Assembly (NCBI GenBank): GCA_050699975.1
Contig: JBOHGH010000008.1
Span: 976 to 64,975, forward strand
Direction of reading: 5' to 3'
Source of the DNA: Pseudonocardiaceae bacterium
Lineage (GTDB): Bacteria; Actinomycetota; Actinomycetes; Mycobacteriales; Pseudonocardiaceae
DNA length: 64,000 nt
Under the pieces are notes generated by a model that did no database searches, was not told the DNA's origin, and was given only the letters and a program-made list of their open reading frames with translations. Both the position numbers and the translations under genes were made by a program. Positions 1-9,148 of this stretch are shown here, piece by piece. Positions within the stretch are counted from its first letter, which is position 1. Every line of letters starts with the position of its first letter.

Positions 1-337
1 GCGTCCGTGCCGTTCATCACGTCTCACAGCAGCCCCAGCCCGCCAGCCGCCTCCGGGACCCCGGCACCCAGCCCCGGCAGCGGCAACGACAACCCCCGCA
101 GCAAAGAGATCACCGCAGGCGTCCATTCGGCACCCGCCGCCGCACCGATCAAACCGGCCGACGGCCCCGTCCCGCCAGAGACTGCCGCGGTGCCCGCGTC
201 GCACACCATCCGGAGCGACCACCGAACCACCAGCCGGTCCAAGCCCCGTGCTTCCCCGACGACCCCTGCTTTGCCACGCAGCCCAGCAATCCCGGCTGAG
301 GCCTCTGCGTGGTCTCACAAGGCCGCGCTCAGCGCGA

Positions 338-1084
338 GTGATCAGCGCAGCACACGCCTTCGTCCAGAAGCATTACCGCGCCCATGACGAAATCGGCCTG
401 CGTGTCTTACTGACTCGACGTGTCCGAAGTCTTGCCGGCAAGGCTGTCGCGGGCGGGCGGCCCCGGAACCCAGACATCGACACCGCCGTGCTCGGCGCCA
501 CGCTCGCCGTGCTCGACGGGTCGGGATACCGCGGTTGCACCCTTGATGAGGTCGCCAGGCGGGCCGGCACCACGAAACCGGCGATCTACCGCCGCTGGCC
601 GACACGGCAGCACCTCGTGCTCGCGGCGCTCGCTCGGCGTCTGGGTGAGTCGCCGGTGCCCGACACGGACTGCACCCTGTGCGACCTCGCCGAGGGCATC
701 AACGTCTTCGTCGCGGCCTTCCAGCGCATGCCGCCCGACGTGCTGGGCCCCCTCCTCGCGGACTGCGCCGGCGAGCCCGAGCTCCGCGCAGCCTTTATGA
801 CAACCCTGTTCGAGCCGCCGCGAGCCGCCGTCGAGCACACCCTGAGCCGCGCCCTCGCCCGGGGCGACCTGCGCGAAGACGTCGACTGCGGTCTCGTCCT
901 CGATCTGCTCGGCTCACTCGTCCACTACCGCGCCCTGTTCGGCCACGCGCCCACCAGCGCCGCCGAGATCGAGCGCACCGTCGAAACCCTGCTCCAAGGC
1001 ATCGCCACCGACTACCCCACGCTGCTCGACCACAGCCGCCGCCAGGCCGGTGACCCGCAAACGCACCAGCTCCACGCCAACTGA
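338..1084 (+). CDS. TetR/AcrR family transcriptional regulator
   Basis: ORF is open 248..1084. The N-terminal HTH segment LDEVARRAGTTKPAIYRRWPTRQHLV is typical of TetR. The nearest canonical in-frame start upstream of the HTH is GTG 338; GTG 248 is also possible. Confidence 0.8.
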   Translation: MISAAHAFVQKHYRAHDEIGLRVLLTRRVRSLAGKAVAGGRPRNPDIDTAVLGATLAVLDGSGYRGCTLDEVARRAGTTKPAIYRRWPTRQHLVLAALARRLGESPVPDTDCTLCDLAEGINVFVAAFQRMPPDVLGPLLADCAGEPELRAAFMTTLFEPPRAAVEHTLSRALARGDLREDVDCGLVLDLLGSLVHYRALFGHAPTSAAEIERTVETLLQGIATDYPTLLDHSRRQAGDPQTHQLHAN

Positions 1085-1125
1085 CGTCCGTTCGCGCTCT
1101 GACATCACCGTGCTAAATTCCTCGA

Positions 1126-1151
1126 TAAATTACGATACGTATCGTAATTTA
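1126..1151. promoter_or_regulatory. 26-bp perfect AT-rich palindrome (taaattacgatacgtatcgtaattta), candidate TetR operator
   Basis: Read directly from the sequence. It lies 42 nt after the TetR stop, is AT-rich in a ~70% GC context, and overlaps the 5' edge of the NmrA-like remnant. Confidence 0.45.
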
Positions 1152-1290
1152 CGCGACCGGTGCGACCGGAACCGTCGGCCGCCACGTCGTAGACCAGCTC
1201 GTGCAGAGCGGCCAGGCTGTGCGGGCGCTCACCCGCGACCCCGGCGTGACCCTGCCCGCCGGGGTCGAGATCGTTCGCGGCGACCTCATA
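1129..1290 (+). pseudogene. NmrA-like / NAD(P)H-binding SDR, N-terminal fragment only
   Basis: The frame starting gcg at 1153 reads ATGATGTVGRHVVDQLVQSGQAVRALTRDPGVTLPAGVEIVRGDL (Rossmann GxxGxxG start of NmrA-type proteins). There is no canonical start codon after the in-frame TAA at 1126-1128. Similarity ends at about 1290, where transposase-like sequence begins. Confidence 0.55.
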
Positions 1291-1299
1291 TGGGCGCAG

Positions 1300-1665
1300 G
1301 GAAGTGGCGGGCCTATCAACTGAAGGAGTCCCGCCGCGCGGTGTTCGCCGGCGACCTGGACCCCGCTGACGCGAGTGTCATGGTGGACCGCTGGTGCTCG
1401 AAAGCGCAACGGAGCCGAATCCCCGAATTCGTCAAAGCGGCACGCACGATCCGGAAACACCGCGACGGTATCAACGCCGCGATCGACCGCGGACTATCCA
1501 ACGGCCGCCAGGAAGGACTGAACAACAAGGTCCGGCTGATCATCCGCCGCGCCTACGGCTTCCACAGCGCCCCAAGCCGCGCTGGCCACCATCATGCTCG
1601 CCTGCGGACCCGTCAACCTGGAGCTCCCATACCACACCCCCCGCCACCCACATGTAGAGCAGTAG
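1300..1665 (+). mobile_element. ISL3-family transposase C-terminal remnant (frameshifted, no N-terminal part)
   Basis: WRAYQLKESRRAVFAGDL...IPEFVKAARTIRKHRDGINAAIDRGLSNGRQEGLNNKVRLIIRRAYGFHSA matches the conserved C-terminal region of ISL3 transposases. The tail QAALATIMLACGPVNLELPYH continues in a different frame and ends at TAG 1663-1665. Confidence 0.6.
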
Positions 1666-1700
1666 AGCCGGATGTGTCGCCGCGGATACACCGGGCAGAT

Positions 1701-1726
1701 AGTCCTCTGTCCCGGGACAGTGGACT
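1701..1726. terminator. Inverted repeat agtcctctgtccc/gggacagtggact (1 mismatch), possible terminator hairpin
   Basis: 13-bp arms centred on cccggg, 11 nt beyond the stop of the minus-strand FAD oxidase gene (stop at 1737). No T-tract. Confidence 0.3.
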
Positions 1727-1736
1727 CCTCGCTGGT

Positions 1737-3125
1737 TCACTGGTCTGAAGGCCGAGTGAAGACCTTGCCGGGGTTAAAGATGCCTTCCGGGTCCAGAGCG
1801 TCCTTGATCCCGCGGTGCATGGCAAGCACAGCCGGACTCATTTCCTTGGCCAGGCCACGCATCTTCAGCAGGCCGACCCCGTGCTCGCCGGTGACGGTAC
1901 CGCCCAGCGCGATAGCCTCGTCGACGATTTGTTCGAACGCCTCGTGTCCCCGCAGCCGGGCCTTCTCGTCGCCTGGCGGAACGACCATCATCGGGTGCAG
2001 GTTACCGTCTCCAGCGTGCGCCAGGCTGGCGACGTGGATGTCGTGCTCCACGGCTATGCCCTCGATGAGCCCGAGCATCTGAGGTACCAGCATCCGCGGC
2101 ACGCAAATGTCCTCGGTGAGCACCGGCCCGAGCCGCTCCAGCGCGGGATACACTAGGCGCCGTGCGGCGAACAGGGCGTTTGCCTCGGTTTCGTCGGTGG
2201 AGCGGGCGCTCCAGGTCGCGCCCGCCGAGGCGAAGCAGTCCAGCACGATGTCGGCTTCCGCCTCGCCGGCCACGCCCGGCGCGTCACACCGGGCGAGTAG
2301 CAGTACGTTGCCGCCATCGGTGAGGCCCATGTGCTTCCACTCGTCGACGGCTCGCAGGCAGTAGCGGTCGACGAGTTCCAGCGCGCTGGGTACAACGCCC
2401 GAGGCTGTCACGGCCGCGACGGCCCGGCCGGCGCCGGGCAGGTCGTCGAAGTAGCCGACGATCGTGCGCTCGGCGGCCCGCGCGCCACGCAACCGCACGG
2501 TGACCTCGGTGATGAGGCCGAGTGTGCCCTCCGAGCCCACCATCAGCCCGGTCAGGTCGTAGCCGGCGACTCCCTTGGCGGTGCGGCGGCCCAGCCGGAC
2601 CACCTCGCCCCGCCCGATGACCGCCTCCACGCCGAGTACGTAGTCCCGGGTCACCCCGTACTTCACGCAGCACACGCCGCCAGCGTTGGTGGCGACATTG
2701 CCGCCGATCGTGGACCACGGGGCGCTCGACGGATCTGGCGGATACCACAGATCCCGCTCCGCGCACGCCTTCCGCAGGTCGTCGTTGACCACTCCGGGCC
2801 GCACCACCGCGAGCCGTTCGTTCGGGTCGATGTGGATGATCTCGTTCATCGCCTCGAACGACACCACGACGCAGCCACGGACGGCGTTGGCGCCGCCGGA
2901 GAGCCCGGTGCCGGCGCCGCGCGCGACGATGGGGATGCCGTGCTCAGCGCAGTGGGCGACGAGCGCCGCCACCTCGGCGGTCTCGCGCGGTTGCACGACC
3001 GCGGCCGGGGTGGTGTACGGGGCTCGCTCCGCCTCGTCGTGCGCGTAGGAGGCCAGCAGGTCGGGGTCGGTGATCACGCTCCCGGCGGGAAGGATGTGTT
3101 GGAGCTCAGGAAATGTCACGCCCAT
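1737..3125 (-). CDS. FAD-linked oxidase, GlcD / D-lactate dehydrogenase family
   Basis: 462-aa ORF. FAD-binding PCMH-type region (PIVARGAGTGLSGGA) and C-terminal FAD-oxidase domain (GTVTGEHGVGLLK). Confidence 0.85.
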   Translation of the reverse strand: MGVTFPELQHILPAGSVITDPDLLASYAHDEAERAPYTTPAAVVQPRETAEVAALVAHCAEHGIPIVARGAGTGLSGGANAVRGCVVVSFEAMNEIIHIDPNERLAVVRPGVVNDDLRKACAERDLWYPPDPSSAPWSTIGGNVATNAGGVCCVKYGVTRDYVLGVEAVIGRGEVVRLGRRTAKGVAGYDLTGLMVGSEGTLGLITEVTVRLRGARAAERTIVGYFDDLPGAGRAVAAVTASGVVPSALELVDRYCLRAVDEWKHMGLTDGGNVLLLARCDAPGVAGEAEADIVLDCFASAGATWSARSTDETEANALFAARRLVYPALERLGPVLTEDICVPRMLVPQMLGLIEGIAVEHDIHVASLAHAGDGNLHPMMVVPPGDEKARLRGHEAFEQIVDEAIALGGTVTGEHGVGLLKMRGLAKEMSPAVLAMHRGIKDALDPEGIFNPGKVFTRPSDQ

Positions 3126-3345
3126 TCTCGCACCTTATTGCGACCCGCTGACGGTATCAATCATGGCCCTTAGTACATGCACAAATGGCCATGCACTAAG
3201 GGCCAGTTGAGGGCGCCCGCGCCGACCGGCGAGACTGAAAGCGTCGGAGGTCAGGCGATCGCCCATGAGGATTTTCCTGGTGCGAAATCGCCGGATCCTC
3301 ATGTCGCGGTCCCGGCGGGCCGCAATGACGAGGAGAGGATTGCCG

Positions 3346-4365
3346 ATGGCGGCGGTAATCGCGGGCCTCGGGGGTTGGCTTCCCCCGGCCGTAGTCACGA
3401 ACGAGGACCTGTGTGCGACTTTGGACACAACCAACGAGTGGATAGTGACCCGCACCGGAATTCGCGAGCGGCGCATGGTCACCGGCGGCCTGTCGACCCG
3501 GGATCTGGCCGTCGAAGCCGGCGCGAGAGCGCTGAAATCCGCTGGTGAGTCCGCGGTCGACGCCGTGGTCGTGGCGACGACCTCCGCCGATCGGCTCTGT
3601 CCCGCGGTGGCACCGGAGGTCGCGTTCCGGCTCGGCGTGGACACGGTGGCCGCCTTCGATCTGACCTCGGCGTGCAGTGGCTTTCCCTACGGCCTGGCAA
3701 CCTCCGCCGGTCTGATCGCCTCCGGGGTGGCCGACAGCGTGCTGTTCATCGGCGCGGAGGCGTTCACCACCCTGGTCAACCCCGACGACCGCAACACGGC
3801 ACCGATCTTCGGTGACGGCGCGGGCGCGGTGGTGCTGCGCCGTGGCGAGGTGGACGAGCCCGGCGCGCTGGGCCCCTTCGACCTCGGCAGCGACGGCGCT
3901 CGCGCCGACCTGCTGGCCGTCCCAGCTGGTGGATCACGTCAGCGGTCCGCCGAGGCCGGCCTCGGCTTCGACGTGGTGCCCACCAAGGACTGGTACCTGC
4001 AGATGGAGGGTCGAGCCCTCTACGTACAGGCTGTCGAGCGGATGACCGCCTCCGCGCGGACCGTGCTGAAGCGCGCCGGCTGGTCGGTCGCCGACGTCGA
4101 CTGGTTCATCGGTCACCAGGCCAATGTCCGCATCGTGCGCGCCGTGGCGGAGGAACTGGAGTTGGCCGAGGGGCGGGTCGCGGTCAACATCGACCGCGTC
4201 GGCAACACCCTGGCCGCTTCGATCCCGCTGCTGTTAAACGACACCGTCGACCGCGGCGATCTCAAGCCCGGCGACTGCGTGCTCCTGTCCGCGTTCGGCG
4301 CCGGCCTTTCGTGGGGTTCAACGGTACTCACCTGGCCGGATATTCCGGTCGACAGCGTCCGCTAG
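3346..4365 (+). CDS. fabH: 3-oxoacyl-ACP synthase III (FabH-type KAS III)
   Basis: Cys-His-Asn triad contexts: DLTSACSGFPYGL, GHQANVRI, GNTLAASIPL. ATG 3346 is preceded by aggagagg about 8 nt upstream. The ORF is open from 3265. Confidence 0.85.
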   Translation: MAAVIAGLGGWLPPAVVTNEDLCATLDTTNEWIVTRTGIRERRMVTGGLSTRDLAVEAGARALKSAGESAVDAVVVATTSADRLCPAVAPEVAFRLGVDTVAAFDLTSACSGFPYGLATSAGLIASGVADSVLFIGAEAFTTLVNPDDRNTAPIFGDGAGAVVLRRGEVDEPGALGPFDLGSDGARADLLAVPAGGSRQRSAEAGLGFDVVPTKDWYLQMEGRALYVQAVERMTASARTVLKRAGWSVADVDWFIGHQANVRIVRAVAEELELAEGRVAVNIDRVGNTLAASIPLLLNDTVDRGDLKPGDCVLLSAFGAGLSWGSTVLTWPDIPVDSVR

Positions 4366-4399
4366 CGTTTTCCCCAGAATGCAATTCCAGGAGGAAGAA

Positions 4400-4639
4400 A
4401 TGAGCGCGCTCTACGAGTCCGTCGTTGATGTTTTCACCGGCCGGTTCGGCATCGATCGGGACAAGGTGCAGCCGGACGCGTCGTTCGACGACATCGACCT
4501 TGACTCGCTCTCTCAGATCGAACTCGCGACGGCGCTCAAGAAGAAGTTCGCCGTCGAGATCACCGACGACGAGATGGCCGAGATGGCCGTTGTCTCCGAG
4601 GTTGTCGCCAAGCTTGCGGAGAAGGGCGTGACGGTCTGA
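4400..4639 (+). CDS. Acyl carrier protein
   Basis: 79 aa with a phosphopantetheine-attachment context (DLDSLSQIEL). aggagga lies 6-7 nt upstream of ATG 4400. Confidence 0.85.
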   Translation: MSALYESVVDVFTGRFGIDRDKVQPDASFDDIDLDSLSQIELATALKKKFAVEITDDEMAEMAVVSEVVAKLAEKGVTV

Positions 4640-5853
4640 TGTCTGGTTTCGCGGCAGCGATCACCGGAATCGGTCTGGTAACGCCCGCGGGAATCGGCGT
4701 ACCGGAGAACTGGACGCGCGTCGTCGAGGGCGAGGCGACCGCGGCGGTCGACCCAGAGCTCGCCGACCTCCCGGTGCGCATCTCGTGCCGGGTCCCCGAG
4801 TTCTCCGCCGAGGACCTCGGGCTCAGCGGTGCCTGGCAGTGGGATCGCTACACGCGGTTCGCCGTTGCGGCGGCGCACGAAGCGCTCCGCCAGGCCGGCC
4901 TCACACCTGGGGACTGGGACAGCTCCCGGGTGGCCGTGATTATCGGGTCGGGTGCCGGTGGTACCGCGACGCTGGAGGAGCAGCACCGGGTTCTAGTCGA
5001 GGACGGCCCTTCGGACGTGTCCCCGCTGACCCTACCCATGGGGCTGCTCAACATGGCGGCGGGGCAGCTGGCCATCGACATCGGCGCCAACGGCCCTTGC
5101 CTGGCCCCATGCACCGCCTGTGCCTCCGGCGCCTCGGCGATCGGGATCGGCCGGGACATACTGCGGTTGGGCACGGCGGACATCGTGATCGCCGGCGGCG
5201 CTGAGGCCCCGGTGACGCCGTTGTATGTCTCCGCGTTCTCCCGGATGCGCGCGCTGTCCAGGCGTAGCGACCCCGCGACGGCGTCGCGTCCGTTCGACGC
5301 CGCGCGGGACGGATTCGTGCTCGGGGAAGGGGCCGGAGTCGTCGTCCTGGAGTCCGAGGAGCATGCCAAAGCTCGAGGTGCCCAGGCGCTGGCCCGCGTG
5401 ATCGGCTACGGCGCCTCCGCCGACGCCCACCATGTCACCTCGCCGCACCCGCAGGGGCGCGGCGCCACACTGGGGATTCGCGCGGCCCTGGCCGACGCCG
5501 GACTGACCGGCCGGGACGTGCGGTACGTCAACGCGCACGGCACCTCCACGCCGCTCAACGACCGCGTCGAGGCGCGCGTGATCCGCGAGGTGCTCGGCGC
5601 GGATATCCCGGTGAGCTCGACCAAAGGGGTGACCGGGCACCCGCTCGGCGCCGCTGGCGCCATTGAGGCCGCCTACACGGCTCTCGCGGTGCACCGCGGC
5701 GTCATTCCCCCGACGGCGAACCTCACCGATCCCGACCCGAAGGCGGACATCGACCTGGTCTACAAGGCCGCACGACACGGCCGGGTGGACGTCGCGCTGA
5801 GCAATTCCTTCGGGTTCGGTGGCCAGAACACCGCCCTGCTGATCGCCGCTTGA
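4639..5853 (+). CDS. Beta-ketoacyl-ACP synthase (KAS I/II, FabF-like), catalytic triad intact
   Basis: CTACASGA (Cys), HHVTSPH and NAHGTSTP (two His). The ATG overlaps the ACP stop (tgATG). Confidence 0.85.
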   Translation: MSGFAAAITGIGLVTPAGIGVPENWTRVVEGEATAAVDPELADLPVRISCRVPEFSAEDLGLSGAWQWDRYTRFAVAAAHEALRQAGLTPGDWDSSRVAVIIGSGAGGTATLEEQHRVLVEDGPSDVSPLTLPMGLLNMAAGQLAIDIGANGPCLAPCTACASGASAIGIGRDILRLGTADIVIAGGAEAPVTPLYVSAFSRMRALSRRSDPATASRPFDAARDGFVLGEGAGVVVLESEEHAKARGAQALARVIGYGASADAHHVTSPHPQGRGATLGIRAALADAGLTGRDVRYVNAHGTSTPLNDRVEARVIREVLGADIPVSSTKGVTGHPLGAAGAIEAAYTALAVHRGVIPPTANLTDPDPKADIDLVYKAARHGRVDVALSNSFGFGGQNTALLIAA

Positions 5854-5887
5854 ACCGCCGACACGAACCGATGGAAAGGGACGCTCG

Positions 5888-7780
5888 ATGACCATGGCCA
5901 CGGCGCCGCAACTGGGACGGCGGACCGGTGACGACACCACGCGCGCCGACCTGACCCGGTTGGTCTACGACGGCACGTACGAGCAGGTACACGAGGATAT
6001 CCGGGCGGCGCTGCTGGACCGGATCTTCGACGCCCGCGAGGGCCTGAGTCTGCCCGAGGCCGGACGACTAGCCTACCAACGGTCCCGGTACCTGCACGGC
6101 CAGTTGGAGCGGCCGATGGAGATCCTGCGGAACCCACGGCGGCTGTTCGCGCTGGCCGAGTGGCCCTCGCTGCTGGACGTGTCGACGTTCTCGCTGCTGA
6201 TGGTCCACTACAACCTGTGCTTCGGCACCGTCTTCGACCACGGCATCGATCGACCGGACCTGAAGGACTACATCGACGAGTTGGACGGCCTGTCCTCGTT
6301 CGGCCCGTACATGGCCACCGAGCTCGGCTACGGCAACAACGTGGCGGCGCTACGGACCGAGGCGGTCTACGACCCCGCGAGCGAGACCTTCGTCCTCAAC
6401 ACCCCGGACGCCCTGGCCCAGAAATACATGTCGTACAGCGGATTCCAGGACATTCCGAAGATCGCCGTGGTGATGGCTCGGCTGAAGGCGGCCGACAAGG
6501 ACCACGGGGTGTTCCCGTTCCTCATCCGGATCAGTGACAGCGATGGGCTGTACGAGGGCGTCCACGCCGCGTCGTGCCCGGAGAAGCCGGTGCAGGGGCT
6601 GGACAATGGCGTCACCTGGTTCGACCACGTCAGGATTCCGCGGCGGAATCTGCTGCTGGGCGACATGGGCGAGTTCCTGGCGGACGGTACGTTCCGCCCG
6701 GCCGGCGGCAACCAACGCAAGCAGTTCCTGCGCGCGATGAGCCGCATCCAGCCCGGCCGGCTGTGCGTGTCCAGCTCGGCGGTCGGCGCTGGCCGGGCCA
6801 GTGTCTACATCGCGCTGCGCTACGCCAAGCAGCGGCTCACCAACGCCCCCGGCCGCAACGACATGCCGATTATCGAGTACCGCAGCCACCAGCTCGCGTT
6901 GTTCACCGCGCTGGCCAAGGTCTACGCGATGACCTTCCTGCTCAACCACGCCAAGCGGGAGTACATCGAGCAACAGGACGGTACCTCCGCCGAGCAGAAC
7001 AACCTGATCTCCATCACCAAGGCGCTCTCCACCTGGGAAATGACCGAGGTGATCGCCGTCTGCCGGGAGCGCTGCGGCGCGCAGGGGATCTTCAGCGTCA
7101 ACCGGATCGCGGACTACGGCTCGCTGCTGCAAGGCCTGGTGACCGCTGAGGGCGACAACCAGGTCCTCCTCGCCACCACGGCGGGCCAGCTGCTCGCCCA
7201 GCGCGACAGCGAGCCCGTGCCGGGCGCGCCTGAGCCGCGCGAGCGGGACGCCCAGGATCCCACTTTGCACCTGGAGCTGCTGCGCTATCGGGAGCACACC
7301 CTGCGCAAGGCCGCGCGGGCGGCGATGGCCGATGAGTCCGGCGAACGGACCTACCTCGAGGCGTGGAACGGCACCATGAACACCGCGCTGACCATGGCCC
7401 GCGGCCGCGGTGTCCGGGTGGCGCTGGAGCGTTTCCTGGGCGCGGCCGCTGACGCGGAGACCGTCGAGGTGCGCGAGGCCCTGCGGCTGCTGGCCTCGCT
7501 CTACGGGCTCACCGAGATCCAGCGCGACGCCGGCTGGTACCTGGCGCGGGACGTGCTGACGGCGGAGCAGGTCGAGCGGCTGCCCGCCACGATCGACGCG
7601 CTGTGCGCGCTGATCCTGCCGCACGTGACCGTGCTGATCGACGGGTTCCAGCTTTCGCCGGAGCTGTTGCGCGCCCCGATCGCCGCCGACGACTACGTCA
7701 CCGCGTTCCAGGGCCTGGCTGGGGCGCGCAAACCGGTCGACACCGACGCGGCGCTGGCCCAGAACCCCACCGGGAGCTGA
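5888..7780 (+). CDS. Acyl-CoA oxidase / long acyl-CoA dehydrogenase family protein
   Basis: 630 aa, with ACAD-like N-terminal and middle domains and a long ACOX-type C-terminal helical extension. Assigned by family resemblance only. Confidence 0.65.
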   Translation: MTMATAPQLGRRTGDDTTRADLTRLVYDGTYEQVHEDIRAALLDRIFDAREGLSLPEAGRLAYQRSRYLHGQLERPMEILRNPRRLFALAEWPSLLDVSTFSLLMVHYNLCFGTVFDHGIDRPDLKDYIDELDGLSSFGPYMATELGYGNNVAALRTEAVYDPASETFVLNTPDALAQKYMSYSGFQDIPKIAVVMARLKAADKDHGVFPFLIRISDSDGLYEGVHAASCPEKPVQGLDNGVTWFDHVRIPRRNLLLGDMGEFLADGTFRPAGGNQRKQFLRAMSRIQPGRLCVSSSAVGAGRASVYIALRYAKQRLTNAPGRNDMPIIEYRSHQLALFTALAKVYAMTFLLNHAKREYIEQQDGTSAEQNNLISITKALSTWEMTEVIAVCRERCGAQGIFSVNRIADYGSLLQGLVTAEGDNQVLLATTAGQLLAQRDSEPVPGAPEPRERDAQDPTLHLELLRYREHTLRKAARAAMADESGERTYLEAWNGTMNTALTMARGRGVRVALERFLGAAADAETVEVREALRLLASLYGLTEIQRDAGWYLARDVLTAEQVERLPATIDALCALILPHVTVLIDGFQLSPELLRAPIAADDYVTAFQGLAGARKPVDTDAALAQNPTGS

Positions 7781-7786
7781 CAGATC

Positions 7787-8209
7787 ATGGCCCGACACCT
7801 CTACCGCTGCCCGCTGCGCTGGGCGGACATGGACATCTACGGGATCGTCAACAACGTGGTCTTCCTCCGCTATCTGGAGGAGTCCCGAGTGGACTTCATC
7901 TTCCGCATGGCACCGACCGAGGGTGACGCCTTCTTCAAGGACGGCTCGGTCGTCGTGCGACACGAGATCGACTACAAGCGGCGGCTGGTCCACCGGCACG
8001 AACCCGTGGACATCGAAATGTGGGTCACGCGACTCGAGTCAGCGACGGTCACCATCGCCTACGAGATCAAGGACGGCGAGCAGCTGTACGCCACCGCCTT
8101 GACCGTCATGGCGCCGTTCAACTACACGAGAAACCGCCCCCGGCGGCTCACCGACGCGGAAACCACCTTCTTCGAGAAGTACCTCGAAGAGCCCGCCGCA
8201 CCCCACTGA
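7787..8209 (+). CDS. Acyl-CoA thioesterase, hotdog fold (4HBT/YbgC-like)
   Basis: 140 aa. The N-terminus YRCPLRWADMDIYGIVNNVVFLRYLEE is typical of 4HBT thioesterases. It starts 7 nt after the preceding stop. Confidence 0.75.
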   Translation: MARHLYRCPLRWADMDIYGIVNNVVFLRYLEESRVDFIFRMAPTEGDAFFKDGSVVVRHEIDYKRRLVHRHEPVDIEMWVTRLESATVTIAYEIKDGEQLYATALTVMAPFNYTRNRPRRLTDAETTFFEKYLEEPAAPH

Positions 8210-8224
8210 TCGACAGGAGGCGGA

Positions 8225-9145
8225 ATGCGACTGCTGCGGACAGGTCCGCACGGACAGGAACAGCCCTGCGTCATCGACGCCGACGGTGTCGTCCGCGATG
8301 TGTCGGCGTGGGTGCCCGACTGGACCGGTGCGGCGTTGCGTCCCGAGTTGGTGCGTGAGCTCGGGGCTCAGCTGGCTCGCGAGGCGTCGGGGCTGCCGAC
8401 TGTCGATTTGGGCGCAGCACGGGTCGGTCCGCCCGTGCGCCCAGGCGGGCACCTGCTGTCCATCGGTTTGAACTACCGCGCGCATGCCGCCGACGCCGGC
8501 ATGGAGCTCCAGTCCGAGCCGATCGTGTCCAGCAAGGCCCCCTCGACGATGGTCGGCCCGTACGACGACCTCATCATTCCGCGGGGCGGCGACAAAACCG
8601 ACTGGGAGGTAGAGCTCGCGATCGTCATCGGCCGCCGCGCCCAGTACTTGCCCGACAAGCGATCCGCTGTGGATCACATCACCGGCTTCAGCACGGCCAA
8701 CGATGTCTCCGAGCGCGGCTGGTTGCTTGACCGCGGCGGCCAGTGGCTCAAGGGGAAGTCCTTCGAGTCCTTCAGCCCGCTCGGCCCCTATCTGGTGACC
8801 ACCGACGAAGTCGGGGATCCGCGGTCCCTGCGGTTGACCTGCCACGTCAATGGCCGGCTCATGCAGGACGGCAGCACCGCCGACATGATTTTCGACGTGC
8901 CCCACCTGGTCTGGTATCTCAGCCAGTTCATGGTCCTGCAACCAGGGGATGTCGTGTTCACCGGATCCCCGGGCGGCGTCGCCCTCGGTCGCCCCGACGA
9001 GCCCTACCTGCGCCCCGGCGACCTGGTTGAGGTCGAGGTCGGCGGCCTCGGGGCACAGCGTCAGCGGTGCCGAGCCGTCAGTGCGGCGGACAACGGCCTG
9101 GTGCCCGCCGCGCTCACAGCGCCAGCACCGGAAGGAGCGCGGTAG
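8225..9145 (+). CDS. Fumarylacetoacetate hydrolase (FAH) family protein
   Basis: 306 aa. FAH-fold motifs: GLNYRAHA, WEVELAIVIG, GDVVFTGSPGGV. Confidence 0.8.
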   Translation: MRLLRTGPHGQEQPCVIDADGVVRDVSAWVPDWTGAALRPELVRELGAQLAREASGLPTVDLGAARVGPPVRPGGHLLSIGLNYRAHAADAGMELQSEPIVSSKAPSTMVGPYDDLIIPRGGDKTDWEVELAIVIGRRAQYLPDKRSAVDHITGFSTANDVSERGWLLDRGGQWLKGKSFESFSPLGPYLVTTDEVGDPRSLRLTCHVNGRLMQDGSTADMIFDVPHLVWYLSQFMVLQPGDVVFTGSPGGVALGRPDEPYLRPGDLVEVEVGGLGAQRQRCRAVSAADNGLVPAALTAPAPEGAR

Positions 9146-9148
9146 GCC

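Noticed and set aside
7-387. 126-aa Pro/Ala/Ser-rich ORF at the window start, and the opposite 24..242 ORF.
   Set aside because: Low-complexity translation, no motif, and overlap with the likely TetR upstream region. Cannot be supported as genes.
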